Origin: a virus | Taxonomy: Duplodnaviria; Caudoviricetes | IMG/VR virus record: IMGVR_UViG_3300012041_000006 | Span: 1-52,693 of that record | Strand: one strand, 5' to 3' | Length of the DNA stretch: 52,693 nucleotides | Part shown: in pieces, positions 43,384 to 52,693 of the stretch | Position numbering within the stretch: the stretch's first letter is position 1 | Layout: every line of letters starts with the position of its first letter | Notes under the pieces: generated by a model | What the model was told of the DNA's origin: nothing | Seen by the model: only the letters and a program-made list of their open reading frames with translations | The model's database searches: none | Program-made: the position numbers and the translations under genes

Positions 43384-43828
43384 GCGCTACGGGAGGCTCG
43401 TGGTAGCAGATGGGATGCTGCTCTGGATTCTCCGCCCTAAGCACGACCGCAATTGCCTCGCCAACAGCGCCGTCGATTATCTGCCACTCGACCCCTTCCC
43501 AGGCGTCCGGCAGATCTGGGTACCCACGGACGAGCCGGTCAGAGAACTTCGTGCAACCCAGACCGCTCGACAACAACCCACCGTCGGGATAGTGGAAGAT
43601 GCACCAGTCCCTCGGGCAGTCCCACAGCTGAGCGACTGCCCCGCACCAGGGAGCAACGTCATGCTCGACAATCACGAACCCTTTACCTCGCCCCCAAAGT
43701 TCAGCGACGAACCTTCCGTAACCTAGTTTGTCCTCTGCGGGAAACGTCTCGTACGCTACGCACTCCGCAGTTAGCACTAGTTCGGCGACGTTTGACATCC
43801 CCGAGTAGATCGGAATATAGACCTTCAT
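43364..43828 (-). CDS. Small GT-A-fold glycosyltransferase-like protein
   Basis: KVYIP; GFVIVEHDVAP (DxD-like); GLGCTKFS; late H motif. Confidence 0.55.
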   Translation of the reverse strand: MKVYIPIYSGMSNVAELVLTAECVAYETFPAEDKLGYGRFVAELWGRGKGFVIVEHDVAPWCGAVAQLWDCPRDWCIFHYPDGGLLSSGLGCTKFSDRLVRGYPDLPDAWEGVEWQIIDGAVGEAIAVVLRAENPEQHPICYHEPPVAHARRPD

Positions 43829-44556
43829 TAACCAACACCAAGTGTCATCATGGAAGAAGAGGTATTATCGCCACCGCCACCACCTGCACCAGCTGGTCCT
43901 GGGTATCCAGTGTTATTGAGAGCTACATCGTCAACCCATGTCGAACTACCAACTGTAGTAGCAGCTGTACCACCGATGATAGCAGATACAACCTGAGTCC
44001 CAGTGTTGCAGTTCGTCATGCCAAACGTAACAAGAGGTGAAGTAGAATCTGCCTGGAATAGCTTGCACTCGACAACACCTACAGTAACTGAGCAGAGAAT
44101 GAACCACTCAATACGCACCCACTCATTCACAGGCACAAGGACTGTATCTGATGACCCTACAGGTCCTAGGGTTGAATCAAAGATGTGAAGTTCACCGTCT
44201 GAGTTCCAGCGAACTAGCGTGTTTGTCACATCACCTACATCCTGCATCTGCACTAACCAAAGACCATCTGGTGTTGGTGTGGCAGTGCGGTAAGCGTAGA
44301 GACGACCCCAAACCTGCGTTTGCGCTCCCATCGAGGTATTCCACCCAAAGTACGCACCGTTTGCCCCTGAGTGGTCGATACGAGCTGAAAGATTTCCATG
44401 TGCCGCGCGAGCGTTGTCGTACTTGATTACGGATGGCGAGATTATGTTCTCAACGTCGAACGCATTGCCCGCTGACCCATCACCTGAGTTAACCGCAGTT
44501 AAATCAGTCTCGTCAGGTAGAACTGTCTCAAAAGAGTTTAATAGTGGAAGTGCCAT
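43828..44556 (-). CDS. Beta-sandwich (lectin/CBM-like) virion protein
   Basis: NSFE; VPVNEWVRIEW; WVDDVAL. Confidence 0.6.
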   Translation of the reverse strand: MALPLLNSFETVLPDETDLTAVNSGDGSAGNAFDVENIISPSVIKYDNARAAHGNLSARIDHSGANGAYFGWNTSMGAQTQVWGRLYAYRTATPTPDGLWLVQMQDVGDVTNTLVRWNSDGELHIFDSTLGPVGSSDTVLVPVNEWVRIEWFILCSVTVGVVECKLFQADSTSPLVTFGMTNCNTGTQVVSAIIGGTAATTVGSSTWVDDVALNNTGYPGPAGAGGGGGDNTSSSMMTLGVG

Positions 44557-45330
44557 CTATGCGCCCGTCGCTGTTATAACTGTCGCGTCACTTGAGTCGT
44601 TCACCTTTGAGAACAGTGGAGTAGTTGTCCAACCAGTCGTCACAACATCTGCGTCAGGCAGAAGCGTTTGTATCACACCAGAGAGACCAATATTGTAGAG
44701 ATTGAGAATGTCGGCTCCAGAGAGGATGCTCGGGAAGAACGCTTCGTGGGAGATTCTCCCTCCGAACGGATCTGCGTTGGTTCCGCCACCACCCCACGTC
44801 CCCCACATAACATCGCCAGGAGCATTGAAACCGCTGCCATTGGTCTTGGTACCTTGTGAGACACCGTTAATGAACAACTCCGAACCAAAGGTAGAATTGT
44901 TGTAGGTGAGTGCCCACATGAACTCACTCGCGGTTGGAATAGGGGTACCAGTCCAGGTAACTCCGCCCCCGCCAGTATCAGGGAACCAACTACACGTCTG
45001 CACACCTGTATTGCAACGCAGGAGGACTGAGTCACCACCAACAAGGCAGTGGTTACCAGTTGTACTTGCCCGCCTTGCCCAGCCCACCGCTGTAAGCGAA
45101 CCTGTCCACCCAGCAAATGTCGTGTCAATGGCCCCACCTGTGCCAATTGTGAGAGAGAAAACAGATGGTTCAGCTGCCAGGAGACTTGCCTGCTGGTACG
45201 TGATCGGATCGTACAGAGTACCATCACGACTGTTTGAAGAACTGTCATCCGCTGTTCCCGCAGCAGCTTCCTGTAACTCTAGAAACTGTGCCGGAGAAAG
45301 CGCGAGTACCGCAGTCGAGTAAGCACCCAC
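44557..45330 (-). CDS. LamG/ConA-like lectin-domain protein
   Basis: YSTAVLALSP..FLELQE; ADDSSSNSRDGT; LFINGV; FGGRISHEAFF. Confidence 0.72.
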   Translation of the reverse strand: MGAYSTAVLALSPAQFLELQEAAAGTADDSSSNSRDGTLYDPITYQQASLLAAEPSVFSLTIGTGGAIDTTFAGWTGSLTAVGWARRASTTGNHCLVGGDSVLLRCNTGVQTCSWFPDTGGGGVTWTGTPIPTASEFMWALTYNNSTFGSELFINGVSQGTKTNGSGFNAPGDVMWGTWGGGGTNADPFGGRISHEAFFPSILSGADILNLYNIGLSGVIQTLLPDADVVTTGWTTTPLFSKVNDSSDATVITATGA

Positions 45331-46962
45331 TTACTGAATCCCAACTACAAACAACCCATCCGCGAAAGCACCGTAAGCAGCATACGCTGGAGCTGGAACA
45401 TAAGCAGCTGGAAATCCACCTGTAGTGGGGAGAGGCTGAGAACCTGCCGCGACCCCTGCTGTTCCCTTAACTGGAATGTTGTGGAACACATTGCGGGTAG
45501 TATTCGTCGTCAGACAGTTTGGTCCCCAAGCGTCACCACTTGAGTAACCTGCTGAAAAGATATTGTCGGTGATCGTTGGAGCTGTTGCAACTCCTGTATG
45601 GAAAAAGCGGAAGGACGGATTACCCCGTCGGTCGAAAAAGGTATTCTTGTAGAAGTTCATAAACAAGCCACCTGACATGTTCGCGATCTGCGCGTAGTCA
45701 GGGTCGTGGTCATCAAAGATATTGTGGTGGATGACTTGCGCCTGCCTCTGTGTAGCACCAGCGAAGTCAGAGAATGATCCTGCACCCCCGTCAAAGAAGT
45801 TATGGTGGATGTGACAGGAACTCGTTGCAAGTTCAAGTGCATAGTTCGCTTGATTATCTGAGGTTTCGTGTTGGTTGATAATGTCAAAGTGGTTATGGTG
45901 AATGTCATAACGGTACTGCCCTGCAGGTAGTGGGCCACCGTTATTTGATGGCAAGGACACCGTGCGGTTGAAGTAACAGTTCCGGATCGTCACATTCAAG
46001 GGAGTAGTGCCCCACATCTCAAAGCAGATGAGTGGCCAGGAGACGAGGAAACCATTATCGCCGTCGTAGTAACAGTTGAGGTTGTAGAACTCAACGTTGG
46101 TCATGTAGCCAACTCCACCCTTGACACCCATGCCGTTGTTATCTGACATAGTGCAGTCGTGGATAGAGCAATCCATTGCGTTCACGATCCCGAAAGTGCC
46201 TGTGTAGTAATCTGCGAACAACCCAGTAGAGTTACGGAAGATGGAGTTCTTAACCTCACAGTTCCAAACTGTGTTGAGAGTAGCAGCTCCTCCTAGAGCT
46301 GGGTCTCCTCTAAAGTTCTCAGAACGAATAGCATCAATGGTCAGACCACGCACATTCTGTACAAGCAAACCCATACGACCAGCTGTTCTGTTCTGACCAT
46401 CAAGTTTAATTGCTGCAAGAGTTTGAATGTTATCTAGAGAGTTGTTATTAAGGTAGCGAATAAGTGGATCAGCGCTACCCCTGATCACAGTTGCATCACC
46501 AGCTCCGTAGATACTGACATTCTTAGGAACCTGCACTGTGGTATTCTCTGTATAAGTTCCTGCCTCCATGCTGATAACCGCACCTTCAGGGGCAACGCTG
46601 CATGCCTTAAATAGAGTACGGTAAGGAGACCCTTGAGAACCTGTTCCTGTTGTGTCATTACCAGACGGTGAGACAAAAATAGATCCTACTGGTGCTGGGG
46701 GTAGTGGAATTACTGGTGCTGAACCTAAATCAGTAACGCTCATGTGCATCCTTCCAGCAGCGACGAGCGCATCTCCGTGCGGAGTAGCCATAGTTGGGAT
46801 AGCAACAGCAGAATCTCCCTTGTCATAGGCGAGAACAGCGTTGCGGTACGTTCGCCACTTAGGAGCGTCCCCATTGGGGTTCGCCTGCTCCCACTTCTTG
46901 TGAGTAGACGACGCCTGCTCCCGAGGGACATACACGTCAGGGAAAAGTCTTCGTGGATCCAT
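45331..46962 (-). CDS. Right-handed beta-helix (pectate-lyase-like, DUF1565-type start) protein; possible depolymerase
   Basis: IFVSPSGNDTTGTGSQGSPYRT; GTYTE; repeated IHHN/I.N motifs; AAGGA RBS before ATG 46962. Confidence 0.78.
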   Translation of the reverse strand: MDPRRLFPDVYVPREQASSTHKKWEQANPNGDAPKWRTYRNAVLAYDKGDSAVAIPTMATPHGDALVAAGRMHMSVTDLGSAPVIPLPPAPVGSIFVSPSGNDTTGTGSQGSPYRTLFKACSVAPEGAVISMEAGTYTENTTVQVPKNVSIYGAGDATVIRGSADPLIRYLNNNSLDNIQTLAAIKLDGQNRTAGRMGLLVQNVRGLTIDAIRSENFRGDPALGGAATLNTVWNCEVKNSIFRNSTGLFADYYTGTFGIVNAMDCSIHDCTMSDNNGMGVKGGVGYMTNVEFYNLNCYYDGDNGFLVSWPLICFEMWGTTPLNVTIRNCYFNRTVSLPSNNGGPLPAGQYRYDIHHNHFDIINQHETSDNQANYALELATSSCHIHHNFFDGGAGSFSDFAGATQRQAQVIHHNIFDDHDPDYAQIANMSGGLFMNFYKNTFFDRRGNPSFRFFHTGVATAPTITDNIFSAGYSSGDAWGPNCLTTNTTRNVFHNIPVKGTAGVAAGSQPLPTTGGFPAAYVPAPAYAAYGAFADGLFVVGIQ

Positions 46963-46972
46963 TGCATCCTTT

Positions 46973-47509
46973 CTAGACCTCGACGTACACGCCACTTATA
47001 TCGGTACTTGAACCTGCACCAGTCGTCACTGTAAGGGACTGGCCAACCCCTGTCTCAAACCAACCTACTGGATTAAAAGGAAGCACCTGGCCTCCATTAG
47101 CACCTGCAGGGATGACATGCTTACGTGTTGTACCAGCTGCCTCAAATGTCGAAGTTGTTGCTACTCCTGCACACTGTAGAACCAAGGCAAGGATACGAAG
47201 CTTCTTACCTGCTACAGCAGCAATCAACTCTTCATCTGTATCTGATGCCACAACTGTCTCTGAAAAGTACTTCGGTGTCAGAGTAGTCAATGCACTCATC
47301 AGAGCATCTGTCTGCAAAGCAACAGCTATCGAATGTGTAGTTCTTGATGCTGCAGGGGCAGTGACAGGAAGTGGGTTAACCAAAGAAGTATCCACGGCAG
47401 CACCTTCCTGCCCATGTTGGATTTTGATTCTCTGGTGCCAAACACCCCCAATGTCATCAGCAGCAATAGGTGTCCCTGCACCTGCAGTTATAGGTACATT
47501 GTCAGCCAC
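46973..47509 (-). CDS. Hypothetical virion protein
   Basis: MADNVPITAGAGTPIAADDIGG; AAVAGKKLRI. Confidence 0.62.
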   Translation of the reverse strand: MADNVPITAGAGTPIAADDIGGVWHQRIKIQHGQEGAAVDTSLVNPLPVTAPAASRTTHSIAVALQTDALMSALTTLTPKYFSETVVASDTDEELIAAVAGKKLRILALVLQCAGVATTSTFEAAGTTRKHVIPAGANGGQVLPFNPVGWFETGVGQSLTVTTGAGSSTDISGVYVEV

Positions 47510-47518
47510 TAGAATTCC

Positions 47519-48223
47519 TTACGTGATAGTGATTGAAGCTGTGAGCGTCCAAGTACCAGTAGCTTTCGTACCAAGGGACTCGACCTTACGGTTGAGATTC
47601 TTGTTCCGCGTAACACCGTTCCGCACACCCCACTCTTGCCACGCCCAGTTCGCTTCACCTGACGTGAAGTCAGATCTGAAGTCCACTGTCTGGTTCGTGC
47701 GGATCGGATACGTCGCGACCATGGCCTTGAACAGCTTGTTTGTTGCAGCCTGCAGATCCGTCTGCGTTGCAGCAGCAGCTGTTGCTGAATCCCCAACACC
47801 GATGTCTGCATTCGCATTGTTGTACGCCGTGGTGCCTCCAGCTGCAATTGCGAGGTCCCACAACTCCTGGATCCCCTCATTCAGCAGAAGATTGCCCTTA
47901 ACACACTCGACCTGAGGCACTAGTCCAAGCTTCCTCAACTCCTCTGACGTGACACCCACAGCAACACGGATGTAGTTCTTGGCAAGCACGTACGCAGGGA
48001 CGTATGTCTGCGCAATGTTGTCCCACGTCATATCTCCAGAGAAGATCTTCTTGTAACCGTCCACCACGTGTGTCAGACCTTGCGCAAGAAGCGACTCACG
48101 TGCGAAGTCAACCTGGTCCTCATCCCACTTCTCACAGATCCACAGAGTATTGAACTCCCCTGCATCTGCCTGCCCCTGTGCAACTGCAACAGAAGCGCCT
48201 TCAATACCACGTGCTACATCCAC
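47519..48223 (-). CDS. Hypothetical virion protein (tail-fibre/baseplate-type C-domain)
   Basis: NLLLNEG...IGVGDS..A....TDL...F.SGEAN..W.EWG...LNRKV. Confidence 0.65.
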   Translation of the reverse strand: MDVARGIEGASVAVAQGQADAGEFNTLWICEKWDEDQVDFARESLLAQGLTHVVDGYKKIFSGDMTWDNIAQTYVPAYVLAKNYIRVAVGVTSEELRKLGLVPQVECVKGNLLLNEGIQELWDLAIAAGGTTAYNNANADIGVGDSATAAAATQTDLQAATNKLFKAMVATYPIRTNQTVDFRSDFTSGEANWAWQEWGVRNGVTRNKNLNRKVESLGTKATGTWTLTASITIT

Positions 48224-49755
48224 TACTGCCTCCTAACGCCTTGCGTCCCTGGGGGACGAGGACGCGGTTGCCCATTCGGGTTTGTTGCTGCCGCATTGGG
48301 CGGCTCTTGATCTGCCTTCATTAGCGCCTGACGCTCTGAATCAGCATCTGACTCTTCTAGCATACGCATGATCGTATCATCGTCATACCCCAGTTCTTTC
48401 AGAATCTGGGAACGTGACACGCCAACAGCCTTCTTCTTGACTGCTGTGTCTGCGATCTCGGAATCAGAGCGGGGAGACGCATCCTTCCACTCGACTTCAA
48501 GCTTCAAGTCGTCAGATGGTGACGGACCATCAATCTCCATGCAGAAGAGCATGACATCCTGCCAGACATTACCGTATGCCGTCTGGCGATCAGAGATCTT
48601 CTTAATAAACCTGGCTTCTGCTGACTTCATCGCCTCACCAGAGGGGAAATCTCCCTCAACGATATAGAAGTAGTGAAGCGGCGTGCCAGACACTCTAGCT
48701 GCCGATGCCCAGAATTTCTCTTGCACCTTGAGAAACTGCGTGAGATCTGTCGAATCCCACTGGCCAACCTTCACCTCAGGGTCACCGAACGTCAGCAACC
48801 GGTCCACTCCGTAATTCTTTGCGGATTGTTCGAGGGGTTCACCTGTCTGTTCGTCGTACTCGACCTCAATCCCCGTTACCCACCGCTGTTTGAAGGAAGC
48901 GAACTCCATTGCGATGAGCATGTCCATAACTGACTTGTTCTGTGCGTTCTGTAGAGGGATAATTGGGACGAGCTCCGAAATCCCCCTCTTTTTACGGCCT
49001 CGATTCGGGAAGTGGAACATTGGAACTCGTTCATACGGGTTCTCAATGAAATCTATCCTCGTCCACGCTTCTTCTCTGCTGTTGAATGTCCGACTTGTAC
49101 CTTTTTGCAGGTATTTTACGATGCCGAACTCGGTATAGATGTTCAGATACCAATGAGCCTCAACATCGTCCCACCACACCTTCGCTCCCCTGATAATCCG
49201 CTTCTGGTTGTTCGGATCGTACTGCACCACGCACTCGTTCGCGTACTGGGGCCAAATTTCTGCCTCCATGTCATCATTGGGCCAAACGATTGCGTATGCG
49301 TCCCCCATCATCAGCGATTCGTTATGGACCTCGTTCGCTCTTTCGTCCATGTTGTTCCGCTTCCAGATATCAAGTGCTGCTGCCCCTTGCGCATCCTCCT
49401 GCGTTACCTTCTTGCGCGGCTGCGCCTTTGGAGTGGGCACAGACGGACCAAGTGTTGCAGGACGAGGTGGCTGAGGCGTCGGCGTGTTCGATTCAACCTG
49501 CTCAATCTTCATCTCTGCTTCTGATGAGGTGAATCCGACAACCTCCAACCTGTCTGAAAGCGAATCCACCACGGTAGCGCACATGTTCTCCGCAAACTCC
49601 TTGAACACCTGACCGAACGTGTTCCTGAATTTCTCAGTGGCAAACGCCAAGGCATGATTGCCCATGTAATAGTTGTAGAAAAGAGAATACTTGGATTGAC
49701 GCTGTGCTGACCCAAAGCAATGCAGCGCCCACTGGAGATCCGACTTTTCTGGCAT
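48223..49755 (-). CDS. Portal protein (SPP1 gp6-like)
   Basis: YYMGNH; NMCATVVD; GDAYAIVW; VPMFHF; GISEL; SGEAMK; follows terminase. Confidence 0.9.
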   Translation of the reverse strand: MPEKSDLQWALHCFGSAQRQSKYSLFYNYYMGNHALAFATEKFRNTFGQVFKEFAENMCATVVDSLSDRLEVVGFTSSEAEMKIEQVESNTPTPQPPRPATLGPSVPTPKAQPRKKVTQEDAQGAAALDIWKRNNMDERANEVHNESLMMGDAYAIVWPNDDMEAEIWPQYANECVVQYDPNNQKRIIRGAKVWWDDVEAHWYLNIYTEFGIVKYLQKGTSRTFNSREEAWTRIDFIENPYERVPMFHFPNRGRKKRGISELVPIIPLQNAQNKSVMDMLIAMEFASFKQRWVTGIEVEYDEQTGEPLEQSAKNYGVDRLLTFGDPEVKVGQWDSTDLTQFLKVQEKFWASAARVSGTPLHYFYIVEGDFPSGEAMKSAEARFIKKISDRQTAYGNVWQDVMLFCMEIDGPSPSDDLKLEVEWKDASPRSDSEIADTAVKKKAVGVSRSQILKELGYDDDTIMRMLEESDADSERQALMKADQEPPNAAATNPNGQPRPRPPGTQGVRRQ

Positions 49756-49757
49756 CT

Positions 49758-51227
49758 CTACGCCGTCACCATAGTGTTCCTGCGCCTCGTAAAGTCCTCA
49801 TAACCTGCAGCAAGAGCATCACAGATATCATCATGCGCAGAGAATGGGTAATGCGTGACTTCGTAGAAGAAATCCCTGTTCCACCTGCCTCTGACCACTT
49901 TGAACTCCCCTCGTTCAGCTGCACCTGCAGCCGTGTCGATTCGCAGTTCCTTTGGGCCTGTAGAGGGGACACCGCGGAAATTGTACCCCTTGAAGACCGT
50001 TCTTGACAACTGGAAAATGGCGATCTTCCCCTGAGACCCTGGTTCACGCTCTACTCGATTGCGCGTCTGATACCCATCCCTCAACGTTGTCGCCCGCATC
50101 GTCTTCAACAGCGGCCCTGGGTTCTCGCGCACTCTGACCATGTCCAGGATATAGATGTACCCATCACTCCCCTGACCCATCAGCAACCCTACACTCCAGT
50201 CTGGGTCCTCCCCTGCCTTCGGATCTGTCGCTGCGAGATCCCACCTCCGCACGACCCTGCGGAACTTCACATTCCGCGGAACAGACGACACGACCTCAAA
50301 CCACTCCTTCTCAAACACGCCACCCTCAGATGGCGCAGGCCGCTGCTGATAAAGCGCCGACCACACGTTCCCATTCGACATGTGCGGCACCAACTTGTCG
50401 TATGGGAACCGCTCTGGAAACAACACTTCCCCCGGAGCGCGCCCTAACGGGTCCGGAATCGGGTAATCTTCATCTGGCGCCTCCGCAACCGCAGGCAACC
50501 TCACCCGCACGAACTTATCATCTAGATCCTCCCCAAGCGCCTCTTCCGCCAATACGCGACCGATCAGGTCATCCTCGTGCCAGCGCGTGCCAATCAGCAA
50601 AATCACCCCACCTGGCTCTAGACGCGTCCTAAACGTGGATTTATACCACTCCCACTGGTTCCTTCGCATTGTCTCTGATTGCGCATCCTTCATGTTCTTC
50701 ACAGGATCGTCCACAATCAAGAGATCTGCACCTTTACCCGTCAACGCACCACCAACACCCGCCGTGAACATCCCACCCTTACGTCCCTTCAACGACCAGT
50801 TATCTGCAGCAGACGTCCTCGGGTTTACCTCAATCCCGAACCACTCCTTACCATGTGCCTCTGTCGTATCTCTCACCTTCCTGCCCCACGTCGCAGCAAA
50901 GTCAGCCTCATACGACGCAAGCATCACCCTGTTATCTGGGAACGTACCCAAGTACCACGCAGGCGCATAGTGAGAACACAACTCCGACTTCCCATGCCGC
51001 GGGGGCTCTTCAATCACGACCCCGATGTACCCCTCTTTGAGGAGATCACCAGCAAACAGAGACACCAAGATACTGTCAAGGTAATCCACATGCTTCGCGT
51101 GAATCCACCTTGACGGGTTCTCTCCCTCTCTAACTGTCCCCGTTTTCCAGTTGCACGCCACCGCCAGGCCCGATGGCGATGTCTGGGCTAGCGTGGCCCG
51201 CAATTCGTTTAGGGCAATCTCAGCCAT
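49758..51227 (-). CDS. terL: Terminase large subunit
   Basis: PPRHGKS Walker A; LIVDDPVK Walker B; TRWHEDDL; LYQQRP; WDLAA; HDDICDA. Confidence 0.96.
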   Translation of the reverse strand: MAEIALNELRATLAQTSPSGLAVACNWKTGTVREGENPSRWIHAKHVDYLDSILVSLFAGDLLKEGYIGVVIEEPPRHGKSELCSHYAPAWYLGTFPDNRVMLASYEADFAATWGRKVRDTTEAHGKEWFGIEVNPRTSAADNWSLKGRKGGMFTAGVGGALTGKGADLLIVDDPVKNMKDAQSETMRRNQWEWYKSTFRTRLEPGGVILLIGTRWHEDDLIGRVLAEEALGEDLDDKFVRVRLPAVAEAPDEDYPIPDPLGRAPGEVLFPERFPYDKLVPHMSNGNVWSALYQQRPAPSEGGVFEKEWFEVVSSVPRNVKFRRVVRRWDLAATDPKAGEDPDWSVGLLMGQGSDGYIYILDMVRVRENPGPLLKTMRATTLRDGYQTRNRVEREPGSQGKIAIFQLSRTVFKGYNFRGVPSTGPKELRIDTAAGAAERGEFKVVRGRWNRDFFYEVTHYPFSAHDDICDALAAGYEDFTRRRNTMVTA

Positions 51228-51489
51228 TCATATGCCTGAGTGCATGGCAGTTAAGGCAGAGAACATCACACTTAGCAATCTCAGCCAGTATCTTTGCCAT
51301 ACCTCCTAGCCTACTCCCAATCTCAAACAGTTTTTCAGAAGGATCCCTGTGGTGGAAACACATCACCCTAGAAGGGTACTCAATACCACAATCCTCACAT
51401 GGTCTAGCTTTTGCCTCGTTTATGACCTTGGTTAGTTTACTTTCGTATTTCTTGACTGCACTTCTCTGCACTTCTCTGCTTTTCCACAC
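51220..51489 (-). CDS. HNH endonuclease between terS and terL
   Basis: CEDC...FHHRDP..K...EIAKCDVLCLNCH. Confidence 0.85.
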   Translation of the reverse strand: MWKSREVQRSAVKKYESKLTKVINEAKARPCEDCGIEYPSRVMCFHHRDPSEKLFEIGSRLGGMAKILAEIAKCDVLCLNCHALRHMNG

Positions 51490-51500
51490 TCCACGGTTGT

Positions 51501-52079
51501 CTAACTGTCGAGTTGTACGCTCTCGGCATCTACAACCTCTCCTAGTTCTTTTGCAGCAGGACCTGCGATGCGTTTAAGAAGGTCCCGTGCGGCTTCTCTC
51601 GCGTCTGAGTCAATGAGCACCACCGTATTCAGTTGTGTTTTCGGTCCTGTGTCACCTGAGTGCTCGACCTTGTCCTTGCGCCCCCAGTTTTCAGGATCCG
51701 TGCGCTCAAGGTACCAAGCACTCGCCTGCCATGTCCCTGGCTGCTGCGACTGGCCCACTGTCACAATCGCATCGACTGCATCTGCACGCCTCTCTGCTTG
51801 CGCCACAAGAATGTCATTAGCAAGGCTTGCAAACTCCACGTACCTCTCAGGCTCTCGCCGACCTTTCCACAACCAGTCATGAATCGTGTCCTTCCCAAGG
51901 CCTGCAAGCAATCCTGCATCCGTGATCGAGTTGCCCTTCTTGATCAGGTTGACAATCGTCTTGTGCACCTTTGGAGAGTACTTCGTCAGACGCACTACAG
52001 GAGGCCCTGTTGGCGGAAGAGCTCTCTTCTGCACACTAGGTGCCTTCGTCACCTTCACCTGAATTTTCTTCTGTGCCAT
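51501..52079 (-). CDS. terS: Terminase small subunit
   Basis: TKYSP; HTH GLGKDTIHDW; WQASAWYLER..P..WG.KDKVEHSG. Confidence 0.8.
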   Translation of the reverse strand: MAQKKIQVKVTKAPSVQKRALPPTGPPVVRLTKYSPKVHKTIVNLIKKGNSITDAGLLAGLGKDTIHDWLWKGRREPERYVEFASLANDILVAQAERRADAVDAIVTVGQSQQPGTWQASAWYLERTDPENWGRKDKVEHSGDTGPKTQLNTVVLIDSDAREAARDLLKRIAGPAAKELGEVVDAESVQLDS

Positions 52080-52174
52080 GCGCACGATGATACACACCCC
52101 TGTGTTCAGCGCAAGAAGGGGGAGGAGAGAGTGGGGTAAGCGCCCATAAGACGCCTACCCCTAGTCTCTACAAC

Positions 52175-52411
52175 TTAGACAGTGATCTCGAACGAGTCGA
52201 GAAGATCTGCGTCCGGAGACGTGAAGACCTCGACCTGACAGGTACCCGAGTAACCGAGAGGAAACGTCAGGGCAGCAAATCCAGGATTGGACACAAGCTC
52301 TGTACCTGACTGGTCGTCACCAGATGATGTCTTGATGGAGACAGGACCTTCGTAGTCGCCCTTGTCGTACTCGACAACTACAGCCCATCGCTCTTTGTAG
52401 ATTCCACCCAT
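52175..52411 (-). CDS. Hypothetical protein
   Basis: 78 aa with AGGAGG RBS. Confidence 0.6.
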   Translation of the reverse strand: MGGIYKERWAVVVEYDKGDYEGPVSIKTSSGDDQSGTELVSNPGFAALTFPLGYSGTCQVEVFTSPDADLLDSFEITV

Positions 52412-52609
52412 TACTTGCCTCCTGTTTTGTGAGGTTACTGACGTTGTGAGTATACACGCCCACAGAAAAGGCGCCAGATAGGTCTGTTACTCACAGTGGA
52501 GTCAGCACGTACCGAGCGCCAGTTCTGCAGAGGAAGCCAGGTGTCCCGAAGGAGGTGGAACTCCGCTCCTAGATCTCTTCAGGTGAAGGGTTTGCAAGCC
52601 ATTAACCTT

Positions 52610-52693
52610 CACATGGCTCATATGTGCACCACAAGCCGTCGCTACTGAATCAACCTAATACGTACGTTAGCAAGGGTTCTAAACATCCGCAAC
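52610..52693. repeat. Terminal direct repeat, copy 2
   Basis: Identical to 1-84. Confidence 0.97.

Overview
Apparently complete, circularly assembled tailed-phage (siphovirus-type) genome of about 52.6 kb; positions 1-84 are identical to 52610-52693. The host is probably Gram-positive, most likely actinobacterial (inferred from the holin, the secreted lytic transglycosylase, the SPP1-type portal and SOS-box-like sites). Layout: a minus-strand block of small genes plus a primase-helicase (0.4-5.9 kb); a plus-strand replication, recombination and DNA-modification arm (6.2-26.9 kb); and a minus-strand morphogenesis arm (27.1-52.4 kb). No integrase, clear CI repressor, tRNA or CRISPR array was seen. 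Highlights: (1) a full 7-deazaguanine DNA-modification locus (queF-queD-queE-folE-queC plus a TGT/DpdA-like gene) that also holds a DUF5664-type dNTP diphosphohydrolase and a CxxxCxxCC protein and runs directly into a family A polymerase with a UDG-like N-domain and an exonuclease-domain insert; (2) a probable programmed -1 frameshift (C CCT TTC plus a hairpin 7 nt downstream) in a non-tail gene, fusing a 75-aa ORF to a start-less glycoside-hydrolase-like domain; (3) a 2-kb gene block about 3-fold depleted in AG/CT dinucleotides that carries SOS-box-like operators; (4) a four-way-junction structure upstream of the primase-helicase; (5) a 7.7-kb block of lectin, beta-helix, repeat-fibre and glycosyltransferase-like genes between portal and scaffold. 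All calls come from motif recognition and hand counts, not database searches.
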